A DNA stretch of 64,000 nt from an uncultured delta proteobacterium (GCA_963850305.1 CAWKKR010000008.1:1216001-1280000), one strand, 5' to 3'. Shown: positions 45,133-54,546, counted from the first letter of the stretch. Notes: a model not told the origin generated them from the letters alone. Numbers and translations: made by a program.

Positions 45133-45161
45133 ATCATATGTCCGTTTCGACATACTTGCAA
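45133..45161 (-). promoter_or_regulatory. Sigma70 promoter and palindromic operator of the HigBA-like module
   Basis: TTGCAA-N17-TATGAT-N6-ATG, with a perfect TATGTC-N6-GACATA inverted repeat at 45137-45154. Confidence 0.75.
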
Positions 45162-45166
45162 GCGCC

Positions 45167-45325
45167 GGCTAACTAAACTTAAACTAGGCGTTGAACCTGA
45201 CGGGCGCTACTTCCGTTCTGCAAGCCCTCGCGGCTCCCTTTCGGTCGCCCGCTCGCGATCGCGCCTCTGCGTCCTCGTCCTCCGCATCACGTTTGCCGCC
45301 GCAGGTTAGCGCCGGTACGCTCGGA
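45167..45325 (+). repeat. attC site 2 (right core degenerate)
   Basis: Close copy of attC1 (AACTAGGCGTTGAACCTGACGGGCGCT...GCAGGTTAGCGCCGGTACG). The core reads GCTCGGA instead of GTTRRRY. Confidence 0.8.
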
Positions 45326-45330
45326 CCTCG

Positions 45331-46260
45331 TTGCACGCGCTTTTCGAAAAGCTGGACCGTGGGCTGACCGGGATTCGTCTCTATGGAATCGCGCCGCCGA
45401 GGCGAGCGACGGAGCCCGAGCGCCTGCGCGAGATCGCGGCTCACCAGGTAGCCCGGGTTCGCATGCTCGCGCCTGACGGCTTGGTCGTGTACGACATCCA
45501 GGACGAGCCGGGACGAAGCGGCCAGGCACGACCGTTTCCCTTTCTGCCCATCGTCGATCCAGAAACTTACGCGTACGATGGGCTTGCCGATCTCGCGATT
45601 CCGAAGATCGTGTACCGGTGCGTAGGCGCACGTCCGCGCGAGGTGTTCTCGAGCTGGATCGATACCGTGCGGGCCACTGCCGACCGGCGTCTGAGCGTGT
45701 TCGTCGGCGCACCGCGCGGTCAGCCCGGAAGCCCGGGTTTGCGGCTGGGTGAAGCGTACGCACTCGCGGGCGCCGCTCAGAACCTGGTCCTGGGAGCAAT
45801 CGCGATCGCGGAGCGGCACGTCGTGAAAGAGGATGAACACCAACGTATGCTTGCCAAGCAAAAGAGCGGCTGTCGCTTTTTCGTCACGCAATCCGTCTAC
45901 GATGCGGCTTCCACGAAGTCATTGCTCTCCGACTACGCATTGTCACTGCAGGCCGCCGCCCGAGCGGCCGCGCCTGTAGTGCTGACGTTCTCCCCGTGCG
46001 GTTCGGTGCGTACGCTCGAGTTCATGAAATGGCTTGGCATTTCGTTCCCGCGGTGGCTGGAAAACGAGTTGCGCCATTCTGCCGACACGCTGGAGCGCTC
46101 CGTCGACCTGTGCGAGCGCGTCTTCACCGAAGTGCAGGACTACGCGCGAGAGAAGCGCCTGCCGATCGGCATCAACGTGGAGAGCGTCTCCATTCGAAAA
46201 GCGGAGATCGACGCATCGGTGGAGCTCTATCGGCGATTGAGCTCGCGCCTTGAACCGTAG
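45331..46260 (+). CDS. Methylenetetrahydrofolate reductase-like protein (cassette 3)
   Basis: LYGIAPP, VVYDIQDE..R...RPFPF, IAERH....DEH.RML.KQ..GC.FFVTQ.VYD and FMKWLGI. Confidence 0.7.
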   Translation: MHALFEKLDRGLTGIRLYGIAPPRRATEPERLREIAAHQVARVRMLAPDGLVVYDIQDEPGRSGQARPFPFLPIVDPETYAYDGLADLAIPKIVYRCVGARPREVFSSWIDTVRATADRRLSVFVGAPRGQPGSPGLRLGEAYALAGAAQNLVLGAIAIAERHVVKEDEHQRMLAKQKSGCRFFVTQSVYDAASTKSLLSDYALSLQAAARAAAPVVLTFSPCGSVRTLEFMKWLGISFPRWLENELRHSADTLERSVDLCERVFTEVQDYAREKRLPIGINVESVSIRKAEIDASVELYRRLSSRLEP

Positions 46261-46279
46261 GTAGGCGGCGTTCGCTGCC

Positions 46280-46338
46280 GCCCAACTCCGCGTTGCAGCT
46301 GACGAGCCCCTCGCTTGCTGTTTCGCGGTCCGTTGGAT
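46280..46338 (+). repeat. attC site 3 (short, partly degenerate)
   Basis: GCCCAAC-TCCGCG-TTGCAGCTGACGAG...GTTGGAT (RYYYAAC...GTTRRRY), 59 bp, 19 bp after the cassette 3 stop. Confidence 0.6.
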
Positions 46339-46417
46339 CTGGCGTTCCGAAACACGATCGCGCCGCCGCCTTCCTTCGTCTCGAGGACCTCTACGAACTG
46401 AAAACGGAATCCGCGAA

Positions 46418-47095
46418 TCACTTCTTCCACAGCCGAAAGCCGCCCGTGAAGGCGCTCGCATTGTTTCCGAGGCGCACTCCCTCCGGCAGGGCGCCGAGCT
46501 CTTTCGCATTGCCGCCGCCCATCACGACGTATTCCGGCTCGAGAGCCCGTTGAAGGAGCCCCACGACGCGCCACACGTGCTTGTGCCATTTGCGCCTGCC
46601 GAGACGCTCCAGGCCGGCGGCGCCCACGTATTCCTCGTAGGTGCGTCCGTGTCGATACGGCAGGTGCGCCAGCTCCATCGGTAGCACCGTGCCATCGATG
46701 ATCAGCGTCGCCCCGAGGCCCGTTCCGAGACCCAGGAACAACATGCGTCCACCCTCGTAGATGCCGAACGCCTGCATCGCCGCGTCGTTGATGAGCTTCG
46801 TCGGGACGCCGAACGCCTTGTGAAAGTCGAAGTCGACCCATCCAGGACCCAGGTTGCGCGGATCGGCCGCGATGCGACCCCGGATCACGAGCCCGGGGTA
46901 TCCGATGGAGATGGCGTCGTAGGTCCAGCCCTCGGCGAGCTTCTTGACGTTCTCGACCATCACCCTCGGCGTCAGCGTCGGGCCGGAGTCGAACTCCCGA
47001 CGTTCGCGTTCGCCGGAGAGAAGGATCTTCACGTGCGTGCCGCCGACGTCGACGGCGAGGACGGACGAGGGTTCCGTCGATCTCTTCTGGGCCAT
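46418..47095 (-). CDS. ppgK: ROK family protein, polyphosphate glucokinase-like
   Basis: VDVGGTHVK, SIGYPG, INDAAMQA, GLGTGLG, ELAHL and MGGGN. Confidence 0.75.
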   Translation of the reverse strand: MAQKRSTEPSSVLAVDVGGTHVKILLSGERERREFDSGPTLTPRVMVENVKKLAEGWTYDAISIGYPGLVIRGRIAADPRNLGPGWVDFDFHKAFGVPTKLINDAAMQAFGIYEGGRMLFLGLGTGLGATLIIDGTVLPMELAHLPYRHGRTYEEYVGAAGLERLGRRKWHKHVWRVVGLLQRALEPEYVVMGGGNAKELGALPEGVRLGNNASAFTGGFRLWKK

Positions 47096-47240
47096 TGTCC
47101 TACGAAGGATAACCCAGATGCGGGTTGCCCGGTGGCGTTCGGCCCGCTACTTGCTTCCCCGAGCGCGCTCGAGATCGGCCTTCGTCATCGGTCCCCGGAG
47201 CCACGAGATGGGGTTTCGCTGTAGCCTCGCTGGCAACCCC

Positions 47241-47873
47241 ATGGGCCTCTACGAACGTTTCGTGCTTCCGCGCGTCCTGGACCTGGCGATGGGATTGAAG
47301 CTCGTGACCGAGGAGCGGCAGAAGTGTCTCGCCGACGTGCGCGGAACGGTGCTCGAGGTCGGGTTCGGTTCGGGGCGAAATCTGCCGTGGTATCCGCGGG
47401 CGGTGGAGAAGGTGGTGGCGGTGGATCCGTCGACCGAGATCGCGAAGCTCGCACGGAAGCGGATCGCGGAGTCACCCTTTCCGGTCGAGTATGCTCCGCT
47501 GGCAGGCGAGAACATCGACGCGCCCGACGCGAGCTTCGATTCCGTGGTGTCGACGTTCACGCTGTGTACGATCCCCGATCCTGCGGCGGCACTGAAGCAG
47601 ATGCTTCGCGTCCTGAAGCCCGACGGCAAGCTGTTCCTGGTCGAGCACGGTCGCGCGAAGGAAGTGAAGGTGCAGGTCTGGCAAGATCGGTTGAACGGGC
47701 TCCAGCAAACTGTGTTCGGCGGCTGCAACCTGAACCGTGACGTGGCGCGACTGGTCGAAGACGCGGGGTTCGAGTTCGAGCGGGTCGAGCAGTATTACAT
47801 GAGCGGCCCGCCCAAGGTGGCCGCCTTCGTCACTCGCGGCGTGGCGCGGCGCGCGGCGGTTCGGGCCCGATAG
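47241..47873 (+). CDS. Class I SAM-dependent methyltransferase
   Basis: VLEVGFGSGRN, SFDSVVSTFTLC, RVLKPDG and GGCNLNR. Confidence 0.88.
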   Translation: MGLYERFVLPRVLDLAMGLKLVTEERQKCLADVRGTVLEVGFGSGRNLPWYPRAVEKVVAVDPSTEIAKLARKRIAESPFPVEYAPLAGENIDAPDASFDSVVSTFTLCTIPDPAAALKQMLRVLKPDGKLFLVEHGRAKEVKVQVWQDRLNGLQQTVFGGCNLNRDVARLVEDAGFEFERVEQYYMSGPPKVAAFVTRGVARRAAVRAR

Positions 47874-47894
47874 CGTCGCGCCGGTCGAGCCCCG

Positions 47895-49248
47895 TCAAAC
47901 CGCTCTCGTCAGGACGAACACGTGTTCCCGGCGCGGACGGTGTTTGAACGCGTCGCGACTCGGTTCGTGAAAATGTGGCCTTCTTTGCGACGCGAAGGCG
48001 GCGATCTCGAGCCCGGCGTCGCGCGCTAGACGTGGCAAGACGTCGTCCGCATACAAGGGTCCTCGTTGCACCACGGAATCCGCCAGGATGAGCACGGCCG
48101 CTCCATCCGGCGCCAGGGTTCGGCGGATCGCGCGCAAGCTCTCGGTGAAGTCCGCTTCCCACTCGCGAATGCCGAGGTCGCGCGCCGTGGCTCGGAGCTG
48201 CCGTCGCGCGCCGATCTCGCGGCGTTCGAACGTGCGAGCGTCGAGGCCAAGCCAGCGAAGTCGGGCTGCGTGATGACGGGCATAATCGTAGACCCCCGGA
48301 TACGGCGGCGAGGTGACGACGAGATTCGACGGACGCGTCGCGTACCGACGACAGCACGCGCGCGTCGTCCACGTCGACGCGACACGCGGGGGCGTCCGCG
48401 GGCAGGAGCGCCGCAAACTGCCCGAGCCGTTCGGCGAGCTCTTCGGTCTTGGCCGAAAATAGGCGAATCGCGAACCCGCTCGCGAGCCGGCGCGACGCGA
48501 CGCGTTCGACCGTGTCGCCGGGCTGTCGGCTCACCTTCACGAGAATCGACGAGAATACGAGCTTCAGTGCTTCCTTCGCGAAGCCGTCGGGTTCGAGCGA
48601 GACGCCTGCCTTGATTCCGTCGAGCTCGAGGAGCATGTGGACGTCGAAGAGCTCGAGGTCTTCCTTTCCATACCGGGTGGTTGGTCCGGATTTGTTCAGA
48701 CGTCGCTCATCCGCGTACTCGGCAGCGCGACGTCCCGCCTCGACCAGCATGCGGCGCTCGAGTTCCGTCGTGCCTCGCGTCTTCAGATGGGCAAGCTCGA
48801 CGGAGAGCGGATTCAGGTCCGTACCCGAAGCGCGCCGTTCCAGCAGCCGCGCTTCCACGAGCACGGTGCCACTCCCCATGAACGGATCGAAAACGACTTC
48901 GCCCTTGGCGCTCAATCGTTCGACGAGGCGCCGCGCCGTCAACGGATGGAGGCGCGCGGCATAGCTATGGAAACCGTGGACGTGTTCGCGACTGGAGTCG
49001 TCCTCCCGCGGCACGTCGAGCGCCGCCGCGAGCGCGGCACCGAGTCCTTCGTCACCCCCCCGAAGCTCGACGCGTCCGCCGACGTGGCTCAGGGAGCGGC
49101 GTTCGCGTCGCTCGGGTGGCGGCCCTTCTTCGGCCTGCGCCTCCGCCTGTTCGCGCGCGAACGCACGTCGATCGCGCCGCAGGTGCACGACCGGCTCCGG
49201 GCGCGTGCGTCGCGCAGCGCGCGGGGACGGCTTCTTCTTCACGGCCAC
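47895..49248 (-). CDS. Orphan N4/N6 DNA methyltransferase (one frameshift near 48325)
   Basis: HGFHSYAARL and DPFMGSGT (motif I), then LVVTSPPY (motif IV) in the next frame. Start position uncertain. Confidence 0.78.
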
Positions 49249-49320
49249 GCGTGTACTGCCCGGCGCGGGTTCTGCCAAGAGACTCGGTGTTCGCGAGATC
49301 CTGGGAGCAGCGCTCCGACG

Positions 49321-50793
49321 TCACTTGCACTGGACCGTCGAGAAATCGATCTGATAGATGTGAACGCCGTTCGCGCCAAAGTCGTCGGAGAACGTGCCGG
49401 CTTTGACGTCCACGGTTCGGCTCTCGCCCAGCACGGTCGCGGTGCCGTCGCCGCTCATGCCCTGAATGGAGAACGTCCCGGTCGTCGTTCCGGAGCGGGA
49501 CACTGCCGCAAAAACGTAGATCGACGTGCCGCGGCCTTTGACCATCGAGTCGATGGGCGTCGACGACTTCGAGCTCGTGACGGTGACCAGGTTCGGCAGG
49601 TTCGCGCTGTTCAGCTCGGGCGCGAGATCGGTGATCTGCTGGTCGAGCGCGGTCACCGCGGTCACCATCGCGGGGTCCGCGAAAATGCCGTCTTCACGGA
49701 ACGAGGGCTGCCAGGTATCGAGGAAGTACGCGAACCCGTTCGCCCCGTGGATGAGCGAGAGCCACGTCTCCGATCGGGTCTGCGCCGGAGTGGGCCCCGT
49801 CGTGGTGTTCGCGGCGATGACGGTGGTCTCGATGTCCGTCCACACCGCCTGGTTGCGGTTGGACCACTGGTGCAGTCGATCGACGCCGAGCGCGTTCAAC
49901 CAGAACTGCCCGCACGTCTCTTGCTCGTTCGCGTCGCCTCCACAATTGTTGTAGGGATAGATGTCGAAGTCGATGATGTCGCTCGCCGGGACGTACCCGG
50001 ACTCCGCGGGTGCGTTGCTTCCGCGACCTTCCCAGTCGTCGAATGCCACCCCTTGGCCCAAACCCAAATAGATCGGACGAGTCGAGTCCGCCGCTTTGTA
50101 GGCATCGTATTGCGTGACGAGCGTCGCGGGATCGACCGGGGGTCCGTAGCCACCGCCGGCCGCGGGTTGCGCGTTGTCTGGTTCGTCGGGAGTCATCCAC
50201 CATCCGACGATGGTCGGGTCGTCGATACTGGCGAGCCCGACCGAATCCTGCCCGACGATCGCATACATGCCGAGCTTCTTGATCGTGGCCAGGTCGCTCG
50301 CCGCCATCTCGTCCGTGCCGGCGTTGTTGCCGACGTAGATATTGATGCCGAGGTCGTGCAATTCATCCGCGTGCCAGGAGCCCTGGAGCCACACTGCGAT
50401 CGGGAAAAAGCTCGGGTCCGTCGGGATCCCGCGAGACCACTTCGCGTAAGGGCTCGTCCACGCTGGCTTCGGGATCGGCGGAACGCACGTCGACACGGGC
50501 GCCGCGTCCCCGGGATTCGACGTTCCACCACTTCCCGCGCCGCCGCTCGAGCCCGCGTCGCAGTCGTTCCCGACGCAGGAGGCAGCACCGCCGTTCGTTC
50601 CCGAAGACGACCCGCCTGTCGCGGCGCCTCCCGCTGAGGCTGTCGCTCCTCCCGTCCCCGCACCGCCATTCGACGCGCAACCGTTGCTCGCGTCACAGCC
50701 GCCTCGCGCCGTCGATCCGCCGCCGTTCGAAGAGCACCCCGCAACCAGCGAGAGAAATGCGACAAGCCCGATGGTCCCACGTGTCGTCTGCAT
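49321..50793 (-). CDS. Secreted lipoprotein with glycoside-hydrolase-like domain
   Basis: Lipobox VAGC, Gly-rich linker, FFPIAVWLQ, WWM.PDEPDNAQ, DIYPY and IHGANG. Confidence 0.7.
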   Translation of the reverse strand: MQTTRGTIGLVAFLSLVAGCSSNGGGSTARGGCDASNGCASNGGAGTGGATASAGGAATGGSSSGTNGGAASCVGNDCDAGSSGGAGSGGTSNPGDAAPVSTCVPPIPKPAWTSPYAKWSRGIPTDPSFFPIAVWLQGSWHADELHDLGINIYVGNNAGTDEMAASDLATIKKLGMYAIVGQDSVGLASIDDPTIVGWWMTPDEPDNAQPAAGGGYGPPVDPATLVTQYDAYKAADSTRPIYLGLGQGVAFDDWEGRGSNAPAESGYVPASDIIDFDIYPYNNCGGDANEQETCGQFWLNALGVDRLHQWSNRNQAVWTDIETTVIAANTTTGPTPAQTRSETWLSLIHGANGFAYFLDTWQPSFREDGIFADPAMVTAVTALDQQITDLAPELNSANLPNLVTVTSSKSSTPIDSMVKGRGTSIYVFAAVSRSGTTTGTFSIQGMSGDGTATVLGESRTVDVKAGTFSDDFGANGVHIYQIDFSTVQCK

Positions 50794-50820
50794 TCGAACC
50801 TCCTCGTCGCCGTGCGTTGC

Positions 50821-52779
50821 CTACTTCTCGACCGCCCCGATCGTGCAGGGAGTCTTCCGTGCTTTGCCGGTTTGATCGGTGGTCGGACAACCCGTGCCGA
50901 CTTGCACCACCGCCGCGGCGGCAGCCGGCAAGAGCGTCCGTGTCAGACCGCCGTTGTCGGCGAGAGCGCCGAGCTCGGGGTCGGCAAAGTCGATTCCGGT
51001 GACGCAGGCGGTGTCCGTGCCTCCACCGACGGCCTTCTGTTTCGGCCACTGGACGTCGTGAGTGCCCGTGAAGGTGTTGCCGCAGGCCATGCGTGCGTCG
51101 TCATTCTCCGTCGTATTGTTCGAAAATATCGTGTTGTCGATCGTCAAGCCGTTCCCAAAAATCGAGGCGGCGTAGAAGTTCGAATACGTGTCCGTGCCGC
51201 CAAGCGCCTGGTTGTTCGCGAACGTGCAGTTGGTGAGGGTGCCGCCGTTCGAGAAGATGCAGAGCGCACCGCCGACACCGGCCGTTGCGGTGTTGCCGGC
51301 AAGGGTGTCGTTGTAGAAGGTCAGTGTGGAACCATCGGCCTGGAGAGCTCCGCAGCCGGGCGAGGAGTTGTTCGAGACGGTCGTGTCGTTCATCTTCACG
51401 TTCGCTGCGTGTGCGTAGAACGCACCAGCCCCCGGCCCGGCGCCGGTCCTGCCCACCGGACCGTCTGCAACATTTCCGTCCATCGTGCACAGGTCGATCT
51501 TCAGATTGTGGACGGGACCGTCGAAGACACGGAAAAATACCCCGCCGAGCGCGTTCGCGTGATTGTTCGAGAACACGTCCCCGCAGAATGTCGTGTCACC
51601 GTCCGAGCCGCCATCCATGTAGATGGCGCCGCCACTGCCTCCGTCACCCACTTCCCCGCTGGGGCTCGAGCATGAGGTCTTGTCGATCGTGTTCTGGCCC
51701 GTTCCGGTCGCCGTGTTGCCGGTGAACGTGCTCGTGTAGACGGCGAGATCGCTGTTCAGCGAGCCGATACCGCCTCCATTGGAGGCCGTGTTGTCGGTGA
51801 AGGTGCTGCCGACGACGGTCGCGCCGAGCGATCCATTCACGTAGATCGCACCCCCGGCCACGTCCGGCCCCGGCGTTTGCCCCGCGCTGTTCGTGAAGGT
51901 GCAGTCGAAGACGCGGAGCTTTGCGTCGAGCACGAAGACCGCACCTCCGCCTGCGTCCGTGTCGAATCCCTCGGAGCAGCTCCCGCCGTAGTCGGTGAGT
52001 GCCGTCCCGGTTGCCTGGCCGTTCTCGAACGTCAGGTGTTGCAGGGTGATCGTCGTCGACGTCGTGCGATAGCCTCCGCCGTTGAACGACAGGAGGCGCG
52101 TCGTCCCTCCGCCGTCCAGGGTCACCATGCCTCCGCCGTCGATGATCGTGTCCTTGCCCTTCGGCGGCGTGAGCGGCGCCGTGAGCACGATGGTCGTCGG
52201 GCCGCCACAGTCGAACGTCACGACACCACCCGTTTTGACGGCGGCCGACACCCCGGCCTCGTCGCACACGTGAGTTCCCTGTCCGACGACCGTCGTCGGT
52301 GTCGCGACGTTCGCCGCTCCGAACGGAAGCGTGCACGACGAGGGCAGCGTCACCGGGGGAGTGACCGTTCCGCTTCCACCTGCGCCCGTCGCGCCGCCAT
52401 TGCCGGTCGCGCCGCCATTGCCGGTCGCGCCGCCATTGCCGGTCGCGCCGCCGTTGCCGGTCGCGCCGCCGTTGCCGATCGCGCCGCCATTGCCGATCGC
52501 GCCGCCATTGCCCAACCCCCCGTCGGTCGGACTCTGGTTACCTCCGCCGTCGGTCCCGTTCCGGGCGTCGCCTCCCGCACCGGTCGTACCCCCGCCGCCG
52601 CCGCTGCTCGCGCCGCCGTCCCCGGTCGAGCTCTGTCCACCGACATTGTCGGTCCCCGATCCGCCGGTCGATGTTCCGCTGTCGTCGAGTGGATGCGTGC
52701 CCTGGTTCGATGACGTGGCCGTCGAGCATCCGAGCAACAAGAGGACGAGTGCTGCATGACACGCCGATCTACGATTCAT
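50821..52779 (-). CDS. Lipoprotein with right-handed beta-helix (PMP-like GGAI/FxxN repeats) and choice-of-anchor-Q-like C-terminus
   Basis: Lipobox LLGC, repeated GGAI/GGAV...FTxN, C-terminal DPELGALADNGG.T...DQ.G..R...IGAVE. Confidence 0.8.
   Translation of the reverse strand: MNRRSACHAALVLLLLGCSTATSSNQGTHPLDDSGTSTGGSGTDNVGGQSSTGDGGASSGGGGGTTGAGGDARNGTDGGGNQSPTDGGLGNGGAIGNGGAIGNGGATGNGGATGNGGATGNGGATGNGGATGAGGSGTVTPPVTLPSSCTLPFGAANVATPTTVVGQGTHVCDEAGVSAAVKTGGVVTFDCGGPTTIVLTAPLTPPKGKDTIIDGGGMVTLDGGGTTRLLSFNGGGYRTTSTTITLQHLTFENGQATGTALTDYGGSCSEGFDTDAGGGAVFVLDAKLRVFDCTFTNSAGQTPGPDVAGGAIYVNGSLGATVVGSTFTDNTASNGGGIGSLNSDLAVYTSTFTGNTATGTGQNTIDKTSCSSPSGEVGDGGSGGAIYMDGGSDGDTTFCGDVFSNNHANALGGVFFRVFDGPVHNLKIDLCTMDGNVADGPVGRTGAGPGAGAFYAHAANVKMNDTTVSNNSSPGCGALQADGSTLTFYNDTLAGNTATAGVGGALCIFSNGGTLTNCTFANNQALGGTDTYSNFYAASIFGNGLTIDNTIFSNNTTENDDARMACGNTFTGTHDVQWPKQKAVGGGTDTACVTGIDFADPELGALADNGGLTRTLLPAAAAAVVQVGTGCPTTDQTGKARKTPCTIGAVEK
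52387..52512 (-). repeat. Intragenic 18-bp tandem repeat, 7 copies (GNGGA[T/I])
   Basis: The plus-strand unit is (g/a)tcgcgccgcc(a/g)ttgccg. Confidence 0.92.
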
Positions 52780-52972
52780 CGGATCCTCCACCTCGTCGTA
52801 GGCACTACCTCCAGGGAACCACGACCATCGACCCGCCGGGAAGCGAGAATAGGCTCGCCGGATTTGTCGTTTCTCGAAGGAATCGCGCCGCTCCGTCGCC
52901 AAGACTCCGCGCGTTGCCCGCATTTCTTCGAAACCCAGGCGTTTCGGCGCACTACGGCTATGCTCGCGCCAG

Positions 52973-54502
52973 ATGATCCGGGAACCGACGCGCGCACTCA
53001 TCCGGAAGCGGCTTGCCGACGAGGTGGGGCGGATCGACAAAGACGCGCCGTTCCGGGTCGCGCTCGCCTATCCGTCGCCCTACCGCGTCGCGATGAGCTC
53101 GCTCGGCTACCAGTGTGTTTACCGAGAAATCCAGGGGATGCGCGGTGTTGCCTGCGAGCGCGTATTCCTTCCCGATGGCGCGGACGAGCCCGGAACGCGC
53201 TTGGTCGAAGAGCCCGTGAGCTACGAAGGGTTGCGCCCGCTCACCGAGTTCTCGGTGATCGCACTGAGCGTCGCGTACGAGCTCGAGCTCGCGGGCGTCG
53301 TGCGCCTGCTCGACGCAGCCAGGATCCCGGCGCTGGCCTCGGAGCGCGGAGAGCGAATGCCGTTCGTGCTCGCCGGCGGTCCGCTCACGTTCTCCAACCC
53401 CGTGCCGCTCGCGCCCTTCATCGACGCACTCGTGATCGGGGAGGCAGAGGGCATAGTGGCGTGGGCGCTCGAGGTACTGCGCGACGCGAACACCCGAGAC
53501 CAGGCGCTCGCGACGCTGGCGACACATCCGCACATTTTCGTGCCGAGGATTCATGGAGAGCTGCGGCCCGTCGCGGCGTGCGACGACGCGCTCCTACCCG
53601 CATACAGCGCGATCCGAACGCCGCATACGGAGCTCGCGAACATGTTTCTCATCGAGGCCGAACGTGGATGCTCGCGCGGCTGCCAGTATTGCGTCATGCG
53701 CAGATCCACGAATGGCGGTATGCGACTCGTGCCGAAGGAGGTGGTGCTCGAGACGGTCCCGGAGGGCGTGCGCCGCGTCGGTCTCGTCGGCGCAGCGGTC
53801 AGCGACCACCCTCGGATCGTCGACATCCTGCGCGGGCTGATCGAGCGCGGTTGCGAGGTCGGGCTCTCGAGCCTCCGGCCCGATCGCCTGAAAGAAGAAT
53901 TCGTCGAGGTGTTGAGGCTCGCCGGATACCGGACTCTGACGACCGCCCTCGACGGCGCGAGCGAGCGGCTTCGCGGCCTCATCGAACGCCGCGGACGGGA
54001 GCCCCACTACGTCGCCGCCGCGGAGCGAGCCAGGAAGTACGGGATGGACCGGATGAAGCTTTACCTGATGCTCGGCGTCCCGACGGAAACCGAGGACGAC
54101 ATCGACGAGTGCGCGCGTTTCGTCACCGAGATCTCCAAGGTGATTCCGGTCGCGCTCGGCGTCGCACCGTTCTGCGCGAAGCGGAAGACGCCGCTCGACG
54201 GCGAGCCCTTCGCCGGCATCGACGTCGTGGAAGATCGGATCGCTCGGCTTCGTTCCGGGCTGAAGGGCCGCGCGGACGTGCGCTCGCCGAGCGCACGCTG
54301 GGCCTGGGTCGAATATGCGCTTGCGCAGGGTGACGAGACCGAAGGGCTCGCGCTGGCTCGCGCCGTTCGCGCTGGCGGGCGCTTCGCGGACTTCCGGCAC
54401 GAGCTGAGCGAGCTCGGTTACCGAGTGCGCGGCCCGACCGAACCCCGGGTGCGGCGCGGGCCCAAGACCGCGGCGCCAATGTTGCGGGTTCTGCGCGCCT
54501 GA
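52973..54502 (+). CDS. Radical SAM protein of unknown function
   Basis: ALAYPSPY.VAMSSLG, RGCSRGCQYC, SSLR and KLYLMLGVPTET. Confidence 0.88.
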   Translation: MIREPTRALIRKRLADEVGRIDKDAPFRVALAYPSPYRVAMSSLGYQCVYREIQGMRGVACERVFLPDGADEPGTRLVEEPVSYEGLRPLTEFSVIALSVAYELELAGVVRLLDAARIPALASERGERMPFVLAGGPLTFSNPVPLAPFIDALVIGEAEGIVAWALEVLRDANTRDQALATLATHPHIFVPRIHGELRPVAACDDALLPAYSAIRTPHTELANMFLIEAERGCSRGCQYCVMRRSTNGGMRLVPKEVVLETVPEGVRRVGLVGAAVSDHPRIVDILRGLIERGCEVGLSSLRPDRLKEEFVEVLRLAGYRTLTTALDGASERLRGLIERRGREPHYVAAAERARKYGMDRMKLYLMLGVPTETEDDIDECARFVTEISKVIPVALGVAPFCAKRKTPLDGEPFAGIDVVEDRIARLRSGLKGRADVRSPSARWAWVEYALAQGDETEGLALARAVRAGGRFADFRHELSELGYRVRGPTEPRVRRGPKTAAPMLRVLRA

Positions 54503-54546
54503 TCGAGGTTGCGACGCGTACCGGAAGCGGGGCAGAGTGCTGGCCC

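Larger units (their letters stand above)
43440..46338 (+). mobile_element. Decayed integron: intI remnant, attI-like site and three gene cassettes
   Basis: IntI-specific peptide remnant, three attC-like hairpins, and exact reverse-complement core sites at both ends of cassettes 1 and 2. Confidence 0.85.

Noticed and set aside
44293..46338. CRISPR array
   Set aside because: The repeats are about 160 bp, palindromic and separated by whole genes, and there are no cas genes. They fit attC sites.
47241..49248. Restriction-modification system
   Set aside because: No endonuclease-like ORF. The neighbouring class I methyltransferase looks like a small-molecule/lipid type.
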